Of a stretch of 64,000 bases of DNA, positions 48,744 to 59,500 are shown one piece after another. The position numbers and the translations under genes were made by a program. Each line of letters starts with the position of its first letter. Positions within the stretch are counted from its first letter, which is position 1. Below the pieces are notes generated by a model. It ran no database searches. It worked only from the letters and a program-made list of their open reading frames with translations, and had not been told where the DNA came from. Where the stretch lies: contig JBITAJ010000003.1 of the NCBI GenBank assembly GCA_044440125.1, positions 1 through 64,000 on the forward strand, in the 5' to 3' direction. The stretch comes from Sedimentisphaeraceae bacterium JB056. Lineage in GTDB: Bacteria; Planctomycetota; Phycisphaerae; Sedimentisphaerales; Sedimentisphaeraceae.

Positions 48744-49784
48744 CTAAAAGCAATACTTTTCCATCGCATCCATAACAGCCTTTACGTTTTCCAAAGGCAC
48801 TCCCGGATAGAGGCCGTAGATCATCATAAGCCCGCCCTCTTTGGAGCCAAGCTCTCTTTTGATCCTCCCGATATGGGTATCTATCTTCTCAGGCGTACCG
48901 AACCGCGTTACATCCTGTCGGTCTATATCGACATCGAGGCAGACCCTGCCCTTTAGATTATCTCGTATCCAGTCTATGCCGTTAGCGGTATCCTGAAGGT
49001 TGATTATTTCAACCCCGCCTTCGATCAAATCTTCGGCGAGCAGTTTTATATCGCCGTCCGAATGCATGTGGATACAGCAGCCTGCTTCTCTGGCAGGTTT
49101 GATAAGACGCTGATAGCTTGGTTTGATGTAACGGCGGAACTGTTCGGGTGAGAGCATAGGGCCGACCTGCATACCCAGGTCCTCAGGATAAATCATTACA
49201 TCCGGCTTGAGTTTTATGTAATTTTCGATTATGCCCATATTGAAGCATTCAAGTTTCTCTATAAGCTTATCGAGACCGGGAGCCTGATCGAACATATCGA
49301 ACATAAGATTTTCGTAACCCCGCAGATCGCAGAGCTGAAGGAAAGTATGGCCGTGACGAAGCCCGCCTATGGTTACCTTCCCCTCAGCGCGAAGCTCATC
49401 GAAGCGTGCCGCTTCCTGCTGCCAGTCTATAGGACCAAGTCCCATGCTTTTATCCGGGTCGGGAGCCGGTAGATCATCCACGGCCTCGATATCTTTAACC
49501 GGATGATCTATAACCGTTCCCACGATACCGTCTTCGGTGGTCTGCCACACGCAGCCCCAATCGTCGGTATAGGGTTTGCCCTTGACCCAGGGGCCGAAAT
49601 CCGGCCTGACAGGTTCGTCGCTATATTCATAATCGGGAAAAAGCAATTTATGTTCGGCCATAAGCTGCTTAAGAGCAACCTGGTCATAATTCTGCCAGCA
49701 GGATCGGTTTATCGCAAATATTACAGGAACATATTCTGGATTGTCGAACCTAACCGCTTTGAAATAATTTTCTCTCTCAGTCAT
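48744..49784 (-). CDS. URO-D/MtaA-CmuA superfamily protein (methyltransferase-like)
   Basis: TDDWGCVW, LRGYENLM, EDLGMQVGPMLSP, HSDG, GTPEKI, PLENV. Confidence 0.82.
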   Translation of the reverse strand: MTERENYFKAVRFDNPEYVPVIFAINRSCWQNYDQVALKQLMAEHKLLFPDYEYSDEPVRPDFGPWVKGKPYTDDWGCVWQTTEDGIVGTVIDHPVKDIEAVDDLPAPDPDKSMGLGPIDWQQEAARFDELRAEGKVTIGGLRHGHTFLQLCDLRGYENLMFDMFDQAPGLDKLIEKLECFNMGIIENYIKLKPDVMIYPEDLGMQVGPMLSPEQFRRYIKPSYQRLIKPAREAGCCIHMHSDGDIKLLAEDLIEGGVEIINLQDTANGIDWIRDNLKGRVCLDVDIDRQDVTRFGTPEKIDTHIGRIKRELGSKEGGLMMIYGLYPGVPLENVKAVMDAMEKYCF

Positions 49785-49790
49785 TATGAT

Positions 49791-51077
49791 CTATATACTT
49801 TCTCTAATTTCTTGAATAAAACTATCTAACTCGACAACTTTGTTATCAATTCGTGCCTTCTCGGCAGCAAATGTCATTAAATGAGATACAAGAGTTTCTT
49901 CCGCTCCTGTTCTTATCCCACCATCGTTTTCGTTGAGCAAAGCATCTACAAATGATTCCATAATACCAAAATCACCGCCGCCATGCCCATCAGAAACATT
50001 ACCAGCCTCAGATGCAAAATCACAACTCTCCCATGCTTTCTTATTATAATCATAGACATTGAGTTTATTTTCGCCACCTTCGAGATAACCTTTTGTCCCC
50101 ATAACCTTAACCTGCCTGCCGCCCGGAGTAAAAGCTGTCATAGTAAAGTTGGCAGTAACACCATCTTCAAAATCCATTATCACTACCTGATTATCTACAA
50201 CATCGTTATCACAACAGTACACACATCTTCCATAAGGACCTGTCTGAAGCGCTTCTACAAGAGCCTCTCTTGTAAATTCACTGATTAGGACATTTATAGG
50301 CCAATCAATATTACCTTTATCAAAATAGTCAAGGTAATATGTTTTAGCTGAATAGCAGCATTCACCGTCAGCCAAAGGGCAAGTCATACATCTGTCAGTT
50401 GCTTTTGCAGGCTTATTTTCAGGCTTGAAATGCTTCAGATGTCCAAAAGAAGACACACTTTTACATTTCTTGCCTATCCACCAGTTAAGCACATCCATAT
50501 CATGACATGATTTTGCTAAAAGCATAAATGAAGACATATCCTCTCTTCGCCAGTTACCGCGGACATATGAGTGCGCCTGGTGCCAGAAGCCGACACCTTC
50601 TGTGTGCTGAATAGAAACAACATCGCCGAGAGCACCGGAATCAATCACTTCCTTAACCTTCATAAAAAATGGAGCATATCGCAATACGTGACAAACGCAT
50701 AGCTTTACATCATTCTTTTTTACGGCATCACATATTTCAAGGCAATCGGCAGCGGTAACAGCCATCGGCTTCTCAAGCATAATGTGATAGCCTTTATTAG
50801 CCGCGGCGATGGCGACCTCTTTATGAAGTTCATCCTGCACTGCTATAATAACCGCATCTGCAAGCTTTGGCAGAGCAAGCAGCTCCTTCCAGTCTTTGAA
50901 TACATTTGAAGGCTCTATACTAAACTGTGACGCCATCTGCTCACGATTAAATTGTTTAGGTTCCGCCACAGCCACAATCTGCGACTTCTCCGGATATTTT
51001 GCAACATAAGGTGAATAAGAGTAGAGCCCTCTGCTGCCTGCGCCTATAACGGCAAATTTCACTTTTTTATTAATCAT
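49791..51077 (-). CDS. Gfo/Idh/MocA family oxidoreductase
   Basis: GAGSRG, LEKPMA, HVLRY, HSYVRGNW, KSCHD, GHGGGD. Confidence 0.92.
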   Translation of the reverse strand: MINKKVKFAVIGAGSRGLYSYSPYVAKYPEKSQIVAVAEPKQFNREQMASQFSIEPSNVFKDWKELLALPKLADAVIIAVQDELHKEVAIAAANKGYHIMLEKPMAVTAADCLEICDAVKKNDVKLCVCHVLRYAPFFMKVKEVIDSGALGDVVSIQHTEGVGFWHQAHSYVRGNWRREDMSSFMLLAKSCHDMDVLNWWIGKKCKSVSSFGHLKHFKPENKPAKATDRCMTCPLADGECCYSAKTYYLDYFDKGNIDWPINVLISEFTREALVEALQTGPYGRCVYCCDNDVVDNQVVIMDFEDGVTANFTMTAFTPGGRQVKVMGTKGYLEGGENKLNVYDYNKKAWESCDFASEAGNVSDGHGGGDFGIMESFVDALLNENDGGIRTGAEETLVSHLMTFAAEKARIDNKVVELDSFIQEIRESI

Positions 51078-51135
51078 ATTCAGTTTTGTATTATATTAAA
51101 AAATCCAAAATTCTATTTTCACATTCTAAACCGAG

Positions 51136-52584
51136 TCATCGTATATAATCCTCACCATTCATGCTGTCTACAACTGACTCAAGCCACTCCTTCAGGCCAT
51201 TCTTAAGCTCCTGATCTTTAGCAGGATTATCATCAACGATATTTTTTTCTTCATAAGGATCATTTTTCAGATTATACAATTCATACTCAATTTCACCCTC
51301 TTCATTTTCTTTTCGATGAAGTTTCCATGGCCAGTCAAGCCATGCAGAATGCCCCGGGAAACTGTCCTTTGGATACTGTTTTGTTATTTCTGCTGCATCC
51401 AAGTCCAAACCTCCAAGCTCAACCTCGTCCTCATTAACGGTATTCTGCTGTAATTTGAGCAGGTTGTTCATCCATTTCTCACTGTATACCAGCTTACCGC
51501 TTACAGGATATTCCCAGAATCCAATTGGTCTTGGGCGGGTTTCCAAATGTCCTTCTATCAAAGGCAAAAGGCTCAGTCCATCCAATCGAGGCTGTTTTTC
51601 TGCACTCAACCCTAAAATTTCAAGCAACGTCGGATAAATATCTACTGTGCTGCATGGCATATTAGTGGTTTTCCCCGGCTCTATTACACCAGGCCATTCA
51701 ATTGTTGCAGGCACCCTCAGACCGCCCTCATACAGCATGCCTTTATGTCCGCGGCCTCCTGTTTCGCTGAGACCCTTCAATCCTCCATTGTCACTGCAGT
51801 ACCAGAATATAGTGTTCTTCTCAATGCCAAGATAACGCAACTCGTCCCGCAGCTTGCCAACTGCCCTGTCGATTCCGGTTATTTCAGCATAAAAAGCCTG
51901 CTTTTTATCGGCATCAGGGTATAAGTCAAGATTCTCTTGCGAACCGGTATGCGGCAGATGCGGTGAGGGGAACCATACTACCGCAAAGAAAGGTTGTTCT
52001 CCTTCAGAGTGTTTGCGTATAAACTCCAATGCGGTATCTGCCGTAACCATTGAGCTTTCACCGGCCTTCTTCACGGCTGTACCTTCACGACTGAGCACGG
52101 GGTCATTGTCAAAATAATTCGGCGCAGAAAGCCACTGGTCAAATCCGCTTGCACCCGGATTAACCGGGCTGCCCTTTCTTACCGAACCAATATGCCATTT
52201 ACCGAAATGGCCGGTAACATAACCTGCATCTTTAAGCACCTCGGCAATTGTGATTTCCTGAGGCCTCAATGTATGTCCCCATTGAAAACATCCCATTCGA
52301 TTTGGGTGCCGTCCTGTCATAACACTTGCCCGTGTAGGTGAGCACACAGGTGCCGCCGCATAAAAACGGTCAAATCTCAGACCGCTTTTTGACAACTCGT
52401 TCAGATTGGGAGTCTGCAATTCTTTATGCCCGTAATACTCTACATCCCCCCATCCCTGATCATCCGCCATACACAGTACAATATTGGGCCTTTGAGATTT
52501 ATCATCACCAAAAAGATTACTCACATCACTTAAAAGCAATCCGGTAATACCCGCTGAAATTTTGACAAAAGATCTTCTATCCAT
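51136..52584 (-). CDS. Tat-exported Cys-type sulfatase
   Basis: MDRRSFVK; PNIVLCMADDQGWGD; CSPTRASVMTGR; GKWH; SDNG; YEGGLRVP. Confidence 0.95.
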   Translation of the reverse strand: MDRRSFVKISAGITGLLLSDVSNLFGDDKSQRPNIVLCMADDQGWGDVEYYGHKELQTPNLNELSKSGLRFDRFYAAAPVCSPTRASVMTGRHPNRMGCFQWGHTLRPQEITIAEVLKDAGYVTGHFGKWHIGSVRKGSPVNPGASGFDQWLSAPNYFDNDPVLSREGTAVKKAGESSMVTADTALEFIRKHSEGEQPFFAVVWFPSPHLPHTGSQENLDLYPDADKKQAFYAEITGIDRAVGKLRDELRYLGIEKNTIFWYCSDNGGLKGLSETGGRGHKGMLYEGGLRVPATIEWPGVIEPGKTTNMPCSTVDIYPTLLEILGLSAEKQPRLDGLSLLPLIEGHLETRPRPIGFWEYPVSGKLVYSEKWMNNLLKLQQNTVNEDEVELGGLDLDAAEITKQYPKDSFPGHSAWLDWPWKLHRKENEEGEIEYELYNLKNDPYEEKNIVDDNPAKDQELKNGLKEWLESVVDSMNGEDYIR

Positions 52585-52594
52585 TATAAACTTA

Positions 52595-53848
52595 CTAAGC
52601 TTTCACTAATTCTCTTATTAACTTATTCTCTAATTCTGCTGAACTTGGAAAGAAATTATAGCCACTGCAATTGAAAGGTTTGGTCTCAACGGCCCAATCA
52701 AAACCACATTCCGAAAAAAGTTTACCCTGTTTATGAGCTAATTGAATATCTTCATCTATACCAGCTAAAACTCTTTTAGTCGTATCAAAATAAGGTGACT
52801 TTTGAATGTAGATATCATCTATTCTTTCAACACCACCACTTGATTCATAAGCACTATTAACAGTAAGCGTAAAAGCTCTGCAATTTTTAATATCTGCACA
52901 AAAATCATTATCTGCGCACAAGGTTTCAGCAATACTCCTGAGCATAAAAATTCTGTGCTCAGATTTATCCTCAAACTCCTCAACTACCTTATCGTTAACC
53001 TTGATGATGCAATGTTCAAAATCCGTGTATGTTATCACTGCTTTTTCACATTCAATCACAGTCTCAACACAAGAGTCATTTTCGCAGCAGTGAGTAGTAT
53101 TCATAATAATCTCTACTCCTTGGTCAGTAACAACTCTGATACTGCAGGTATCCTCACCTTCTATATCATGGATGCTGTAAAGTTCAGCCTGAACGGTCTC
53201 AGGGACAGCCATTGACATTTGCTTGTCAGAAGCAAGATATAAGCTGTTAGAAACCATATGGGCAAGGGCATTATTTATAGAACCATCAAGAACCCATCTG
53301 TCATTACACTTAGCCTTCCCTCCCCATTCAGTGTTCTTATAGTAAGACTCATATCTTATCCAGGCTCCAAAAGAACGAACGCGTTTAACCTTGCCGTATT
53401 TACCACTGCATATATAACGTTTTATTCGCTGCAAAATATAAGTATAAAGATATTGAAAACCAATTGCACCCTTTTTGTCGTTTTTTGCCAAACAATCTCT
53501 AAGATCATCATAATCCTGAATAACCGCTACCGGAGGCTTCTCAACGAAAACATTAAATCCAGCTTCAATACATTGCTTTGCAAGTTCATAATGGCTATAT
53601 ATAGATGTAGGAATAAATATCGTCTCAACCTTGCCTCTAAGCTCATTAAGCATCTTTGAAAGATCATTATGAATCGGTATATTTCTTTTAATGCACTCTG
53701 TAAGGCCCAAAGCTTTATATCCAGGCAAAGAATAAACAGCGACTATATTATAAACTTCAGGCAAATCCCACATACGTTTAATAATCTCAAAAGCATAGCC
53801 GCCGGCACCAATAAATGCAACATCTATTTTTTTTATATTTTCGTTCAT
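52595..53848 (-). CDS. Gfo/Idh/MocA family oxidoreductase
   Basis: GAGGYA, VEKPP, NNALAH. Confidence 0.88.
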   Translation of the reverse strand: MNENIKKIDVAFIGAGGYAFEIIKRMWDLPEVYNIVAVYSLPGYKALGLTECIKRNIPIHNDLSKMLNELRGKVETIFIPTSIYSHYELAKQCIEAGFNVFVEKPPVAVIQDYDDLRDCLAKNDKKGAIGFQYLYTYILQRIKRYICSGKYGKVKRVRSFGAWIRYESYYKNTEWGGKAKCNDRWVLDGSINNALAHMVSNSLYLASDKQMSMAVPETVQAELYSIHDIEGEDTCSIRVVTDQGVEIIMNTTHCCENDSCVETVIECEKAVITYTDFEHCIIKVNDKVVEEFEDKSEHRIFMLRSIAETLCADNDFCADIKNCRAFTLTVNSAYESSGGVERIDDIYIQKSPYFDTTKRVLAGIDEDIQLAHKQGKLFSECGFDWAVETKPFNCSGYNFFPSSAELENKLIRELVKA

Positions 53849-53899
53849 TGCAATCTCATTGTAAGCTGATACGCACGTATACGAAATCAGACAGTATCA

Positions 53900-54841
53900 T
53901 CATTGATTCATTTCCAAATTATAAACCTTAAAGTTGTCATACAAACCAGCCAAGTCCACCATTTGCCTCAACCCTATACGGCCCCCGGCTAATACTTCAC
54001 CGGTATCCACATCTTTCTTTACAACGTTATGAATGCCTTCCTCAGAGACAATGTCGTTAAATTTTTCATCAGTAAAATCTATAGCAAGCTCATCATCAAT
54101 ATAAAACTTGATGTTATTCTTTATCTTTACAAGCTTGATTTTATATGTCTTAAACTCAAATTCAGCGGCATCCATATCAAGGTCTTTTGCCGTGGGATCT
54201 ATGCCGTTAGCAAGACAAAAAGCACCGCTGTTTTTTCTTATATTACAAGTCCCCCTCTTGTTGCCGGTAGCATTTGCCCAGTATGATATGTGATAGCAAT
54301 TTATATCACTGTATATATACTGAGAAAAGACTCCATATCTTTTTTTGAGGCTATCGGAAAGCACGTCCTCTCCATTTATTCCTTTGGCACTAAAAAATAA
54401 AATTCCAAGGCCAATAGGAGAAAGCGGCTTAAAATCGTACTCAACCATATAATTTTCACCTGTCTGAAAAGCCTTGTTCCAACATACGATATGACCGCCT
54501 ACTACCTTACCCTCGTCGTTACTGACCTTATCTATCATGTCAGGATTATATTTCTCAAGTGCCTCTTTCACGGCAGGATAATATTCAGTATGAGCCTTAA
54601 GAATCCTTCGGCCGCACTGTTCCCATTTTTGATAAACCGCCTGCTGCCCATCCGGCAAGAGCATCATCTTGTCTTCTACAAGAATTGCCCTGCCCGGGCC
54701 TTCAAGAACCCAATCATCCAGATCTTTGATGTTGCTGAAATCATTTTCGTACACTAATGTCTTGCTGTAATTATCCATAGAACCCGCACCCAATACTATA
54801 CTGCACATTGTAATTATTAAAATCGTCATCAAATTTTTCAT
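53900..54841 (-). CDS. Secreted DUF1961/YesU-like concanavalin-fold protein
   Basis: Signal from ATG 54841; DWVLEG, GLGILFFSA, YHISYWA, NIRKN, GGRIGLRQM. Confidence 0.7.
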   Translation of the reverse strand: MKNLMTILIITMCSIVLGAGSMDNYSKTLVYENDFSNIKDLDDWVLEGPGRAILVEDKMMLLPDGQQAVYQKWEQCGRRILKAHTEYYPAVKEALEKYNPDMIDKVSNDEGKVVGGHIVCWNKAFQTGENYMVEYDFKPLSPIGLGILFFSAKGINGEDVLSDSLKKRYGVFSQYIYSDINCYHISYWANATGNKRGTCNIRKNSGAFCLANGIDPTAKDLDMDAAEFEFKTYKIKLVKIKNNIKFYIDDELAIDFTDEKFNDIVSEEGIHNVVKKDVDTGEVLAGGRIGLRQMVDLAGLYDNFKVYNLEMNQ

Positions 54842-54871
54842 TTCACGAACTTCCCTCATCTAATGACGCAG

Positions 54872-56794
54872 TTAATAACCACTATTTTCAGAGTTGATTA
54901 ACCAGTAGTTACTAAATATCAAAAAATCATAAGCATCGACGACACCGTCGCTATTCATATCTGTTTTTAATGATATAGTCTGAGGCTCAAAATCAAGTGT
55001 AAGCACTCTTTCGTCCTTTGTTATATCTACGACACCGCTTCGCCACTGCGAATTAATAAACGGGCTTTGGTACACAGACGCAGGCTGCGGGTTTATAGGC
55101 TCATCGTTGATGGTTGGAATATCATCGCTCTGAGCGTAAAACTTCAGCGTACCTCTTGACTGTATAGCCTCGTAAACAAATTCTCCGGTAACATCATTAT
55201 ATGAGAAGAAATTGTCCTTTACATCCACCTTAAATGCCGCTAAATCAGCATAATCGGTTTTAAGTGCAACTTCAAGCACAACAGGCGAATACTCTTCTCT
55301 CAGTATCATCCGGTTTTCACTCTCCCAGTAATAACCGCCAAAAGCCGGCTTAACGGCTGCATAACAATTCTGTACATCAGCAAACACCCAGCCACTATCT
55401 TCATAACGATACAGCCCTGTTGCTGTCGAGGAAAAAAACACTGTCATATCATCGGTATATGCCGAAGTGCTCAGCTTCTGCGTTATCATGGTTCCCTTGG
55501 ACTGCACTGACCATGTGGCGTTGTGAGTGGAGTAAGCGGGCGCAACAGTACCTCTGCAATCAGGGTATATTCTGGCGTCTGCATGACCTGAAAATATCAC
55601 ACCAACCCATCTATTTTGATGGCTTACTGTTGTCCAATCTTCTCTTGGACGCTTATTCATAAATAGAGAACCCATTATATAATCCGGCGTGCAAAATGTA
55701 TATTTGCTCAACCCTCCATTTTCAGGATCAAATGTATATATACTATCATCCAGACCATCGGGCCTTGGATTTAACTCAAGTCCAAGCTTTCGTGTTACTG
55801 CCTCATATGCCCCCCTGCCTTGAGTATCAAGAGCCATATCCATAACCACAAGCGGCATGCGGTAGCCGCTTGTAGCAAGCATCATCTGATTTGGATGTTT
55901 GCTACCGGCTGAGCCCTTTTCAACATAAAACCAACTGGAAGAATAAATACTGTCACCGCTGGCAGTTGTAGCATTATTGGGATAGAATCTTGTCTTCCCG
56001 CCGCCTCTCACACCTTCAAGCTGTTCCTGTGCCCAGTCAGCCCAATAAAGATCAAGTGTTTTTCCCGCGAGATCTTTAAGCTCAAGATCTGTTTCAAAAT
56101 CGTAAATATTATACCAGCCCATCATTGTATAGGAGTTATAACTGCTTGAAACCTCCACAACTCCACCGGCTCTGCCTCTCTCCCTGAAATATTCTTTATA
56201 ATATGCCTTCCATGCTGCATAATGCTCCGATATAGTAAACCCGTCATCATAGCTCATTGTGTTGTATGGAGCCGTACGGCTTAATATCCTTGCAGCACCC
56301 CAGCATGTAGCATCATTTTGAGAATCAATATTCTCACTTCCATAAATAAACCACGTACGTGACTGCTCGATCTCAGTATCAACTATCTTCGAATTGGCTC
56401 TGGCCCAATTATACAAAAGCTCACATATCTTCGCTTCTGAGTCTGCCGTAAGCCTTCCTGGCCAATACAGGCTATCGGCAGCAAAAAATTCATAAATTCT
56501 CGTAAGATGATTACCTGTCCACTCAAAATCCTGCGTAGATTCAGAATAAAGTGCGTATGCATCAGCTACTGCCTGATTCGCATCATCAAGCCTTGTGTTT
56601 TGGTACAATGCCGCAAGAGCAAAATTCAAATTTCCCCAAACACTTGTAGCCGGATCGGGATACGGATTAGCTATTTGAGAGTCAAGAACAGTATCTCTTC
56701 TCTGGTCAAAACCGTCGCGAACGGAAATAAGCTCCTGGTCAGTGAGTGCCAAAACCCAACTCGAACACAGCAATAGAGCTAATAATATACGCAT
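54872..56794 (-). CDS. Secreted uncharacterised alpha/alpha-toroid-like protein with dockerin-like tail
   Basis: Signal peptide; core paralogous to the 60627 gene; ends DMNSDGVVDAYDFLIFSNYWL. Confidence 0.6.
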   Translation of the reverse strand: MRILLALLLCSSWVLALTDQELISVRDGFDQRRDTVLDSQIANPYPDPATSVWGNLNFALAALYQNTRLDDANQAVADAYALYSESTQDFEWTGNHLTRIYEFFAADSLYWPGRLTADSEAKICELLYNWARANSKIVDTEIEQSRTWFIYGSENIDSQNDATCWGAARILSRTAPYNTMSYDDGFTISEHYAAWKAYYKEYFRERGRAGGVVEVSSSYNSYTMMGWYNIYDFETDLELKDLAGKTLDLYWADWAQEQLEGVRGGGKTRFYPNNATTASGDSIYSSSWFYVEKGSAGSKHPNQMMLATSGYRMPLVVMDMALDTQGRGAYEAVTRKLGLELNPRPDGLDDSIYTFDPENGGLSKYTFCTPDYIMGSLFMNKRPREDWTTVSHQNRWVGVIFSGHADARIYPDCRGTVAPAYSTHNATWSVQSKGTMITQKLSTSAYTDDMTVFFSSTATGLYRYEDSGWVFADVQNCYAAVKPAFGGYYWESENRMILREEYSPVVLEVALKTDYADLAAFKVDVKDNFFSYNDVTGEFVYEAIQSRGTLKFYAQSDDIPTINDEPINPQPASVYQSPFINSQWRSGVVDITKDERVLTLDFEPQTISLKTDMNSDGVVDAYDFLIFSNYWLINSENSGY

Positions 56795-56818
56795 AATAAA
56801 AACCTTATTAAAGATATA

Positions 56819-56846
56819 AGATGGCGACTGCTATCAGCCGCCATCT
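56819..56846 (-). terminator. Intra-operon stem-loop
   Basis: AGATGGCG-ACTG...CAGC-CGCCATCT just after the 810-aa gene. Confidence 0.5.
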
Positions 56847-56859
56847 GTATTAAATGATC

Positions 56860-59253
56860 TTAAAGCCTGAAATCTTCACAACCCTCAACAAACGGATCGC
56901 TGCATCCAAGCCAATCAGTGATTACATTATCAAGATCGTCTTCATTTACAAGACAGTCCTCATTGAAATCACCTGCCATATAGCCAAGGTCACCACAAGT
57001 CAGATTATCTACAAGTGTTATAGTGTTCCATGTGCTAAGATCTGTCATTGCCCATGTTTCATTACTGCCGTAATCGAGAAGGACACATTCTCTCTCACCA
57101 TCTGCATCATGATCCTGACAAGTAAAACCTATGCCGTGAACATCATTTATTTGCGGTGTATAAGCAGAACCGCCATTTACAGAAGTTAAATCGCTCCATG
57201 CAAACTTGAATTCAACAACATAACCATCGCTCAGCACAGAACCGGAAAGAACGGAATCATTGTATACAAGACCGCCGTTAACATTTATAGATCCATTAGC
57301 GGGTAAATTCCAAACAATAGCCTCATCAAGAAAGACTGCAGAAAGATTATTGTTAAGATTGAAGCTAAACTGCGGCTCATCAAGCCCAATAGCCGCCGAG
57401 AAGATATCATCATAAACTCTGCCTAAAACATAAAGACCTGAAGAATCCCATTTCATATACCAAAATAGGCTGTAGTCTTCTGGTGTCGGAGGTGTACCTA
57501 CAAGCCTTGTAAGGGTACCAGTATTTCCTTCATCAATAAGGTCCGGATATATCATCTCTATTGGCTTTGCATCATCCCATTCACCGGCTGATATTGTCCC
57601 ATCTATCACAGGCGTAACAGTCGCCTGCGGGACATTATAGTTTCCCGGTAACGGTATATCTCTGCTCTGAGCAGTGCTTGCACCTGAATCATCATAAGTC
57701 TGGAGCCATTCTCTGAACATCTCACTGTAGTCAAGAAGATCGACTGAGCAGTCTTCATTGAAGTCGGCAGGAGAGTATCCCCATCCACCACATTCAGGTT
57801 CAACCCACTGTGCAGGACCTACCCGCATCTCATCGATCCAGCCATTAAAGAATCTTGTATTATTGTAAAGACATCCAATATAAGTCACATCTCCTGCTGA
57901 TGTTTTCGCAAGTACATCGTCATTGTTGAATACCTTACCTTCAGGAGTGACCAATACATCATTGACGTAAAGTTTGATAGAACCACCATAAACTTCCAGT
58001 GCTACATGATGCCATTCAAACGGACTGGCATCAATACTTGAACCATAATAGTATGCTGGATAATAATGATTGCCATTCTCTGCATATAAAGTAAACCCTA
58101 AACGCCAGCTGTTTATACCAAGATCAGTACCGGCATCAGTTATGACCAATCTTATCTGCTGACGGCGGTTAAAAATATAATAATCGTATTGAGTACCCGG
58201 AGACTGATATATTGAATTCTCATCGATCTTAACCCATGCTTCAATACGCACGTTCATCGGATCGATAACAAGATTATCATCATCTATCAAACGGAAGTTA
58301 TCCCCTATACCATCAAAAGAATAACACTTATCAAAATCGGCATTATCAGCAGGGTATACATCTGGTGTAACGAGTATTGGGCCACCAGCAGCATCCTTAG
58401 CAACAGCAGTTGTACCGATATACTTCACAGGATCTTTATCTCTGCCTGGATTATCGGAATCGTCATCAATTGTGCCTTCAAAGCCAAGATCATTTGCATC
58501 AGCGTTGGCGTCCATATGGAGAAGCATATTGTAACCTATAAGATCTGTGTAAGGTGCCATATAAGCAGGCATTTCACCTGGAACAGACTCTATAGTAGTA
58601 ACACCGTCTGCAAGCGTAACCTGAATATCATGGTAAGGCTGAGAAGCTACAATATAACCGCTGGCAACATAACCATTTACTTCTGCAAGAATATCTGCCG
58701 AAATAATGATTTGACCCTCACCAACATTTATCTGACCATGTGAGTTCATGAATATATCCGCAGCATTTATTGTTCCTCCGTTTAACTCGACGATTCCGTA
58801 ACCGAGTCCGCCATAATACGCCGAAGGAACTGAAAAATTACCGCCACAGTTAAAGGTGCCGCTGTTCATCACCAGAGTACCGGTGCCTTTGGTACCGATA
58901 TTGGCATAACTGAGAGTATTTATCTCGCCGCCATCAACGGTTATAGTGCCGGTGGTCGCTTCAGTGTTGGCAATCTTTACAATATTGGCATTCAAAGTAC
59001 CTTCAACGGTAAGCGAACCACCCGGACTGCTTGCCGCTTCAACCTGGGTAATATTGGATGCTCCGGTATCATCGGAATATATCTTGGCCGGGTTGGTATT
59101 ACTGATAAACGCGTGAGTGCCGGCACTGGGCAAACTGTCCCAGTTGCCCGTATCAGTCCAATCATCGCTAACCGCACCACTCCAGGTGGAAGCTTGGGCA
59201 CAGAAACCCAATGCTAAAACAATACTCATCATTAAAACTACATTTTTTTTCAT
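56860..59253 (-). CDS. Secreted multidomain protein: beta-solenoid, LamG-like, dockerin-like, CBM9-like, dockerin-like
   Basis: ATG 59253 after AAGGAG; DWTDTGNW cap; WHHVAL..FNGWIDEMR (LamG); PVIDG..EW..GYVVEFKFAWSDL (CBM9-like); two DFNEDC motifs. Confidence 0.72.
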   Translation of the reverse strand: MKKNVVLMMSIVLALGFCAQASTWSGAVSDDWTDTGNWDSLPSAGTHAFISNTNPAKIYSDDTGASNITQVEAASSPGGSLTVEGTLNANIVKIANTEATTGTITVDGGEINTLSYANIGTKGTGTLVMNSGTFNCGGNFSVPSAYYGGLGYGIVELNGGTINAADIFMNSHGQINVGEGQIIISADILAEVNGYVASGYIVASQPYHDIQVTLADGVTTIESVPGEMPAYMAPYTDLIGYNMLLHMDANADANDLGFEGTIDDDSDNPGRDKDPVKYIGTTAVAKDAAGGPILVTPDVYPADNADFDKCYSFDGIGDNFRLIDDDNLVIDPMNVRIEAWVKIDENSIYQSPGTQYDYYIFNRRQQIRLVITDAGTDLGINSWRLGFTLYAENGNHYYPAYYYGSSIDASPFEWHHVALEVYGGSIKLYVNDVLVTPEGKVFNNDDVLAKTSAGDVTYIGCLYNNTRFFNGWIDEMRVGPAQWVEPECGGWGYSPADFNEDCSVDLLDYSEMFREWLQTYDDSGASTAQSRDIPLPGNYNVPQATVTPVIDGTISAGEWDDAKPIEMIYPDLIDEGNTGTLTRLVGTPPTPEDYSLFWYMKWDSSGLYVLGRVYDDIFSAAIGLDEPQFSFNLNNNLSAVFLDEAIVWNLPANGSINVNGGLVYNDSVLSGSVLSDGYVVEFKFAWSDLTSVNGGSAYTPQINDVHGIGFTCQDHDADGERECVLLDYGSNETWAMTDLSTWNTITLVDNLTCGDLGYMAGDFNEDCLVNEDDLDNVITDWLGCSDPFVEGCEDFRL

Positions 59254-59347
59254 TTCAAATCTCCTTGAAAAATTAAAATAGAACTTAAACATAACTGATT
59301 ACAAATCACATTCATTTTCACATCAAAATCTCCATTAAACAATATTC

Positions 59348-59416
59348 CTATTCTGAATATATAGAACTGATATCTGAAGAGCTTAAAGCAGCTTTATGTA
59401 TCCTTACATCATCAAT
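59348..59416 (-). pseudogene. Relic of a LamG-domain gene 3' end
   Basis: Translates IDDVRIHKAALSSSDISSIYSE*; 56/68 nt identical and colinear with 60628-60695; in-frame TGA immediately upstream. Confidence 0.8.
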
Positions 59417-59500
59417 TCAGTTCCATATCATCAAGCTTAACAGCAGACATTATCAATTTTCTGTAATCTAAAATTAAATCGGAAAAACAAAGTTCTCTTA

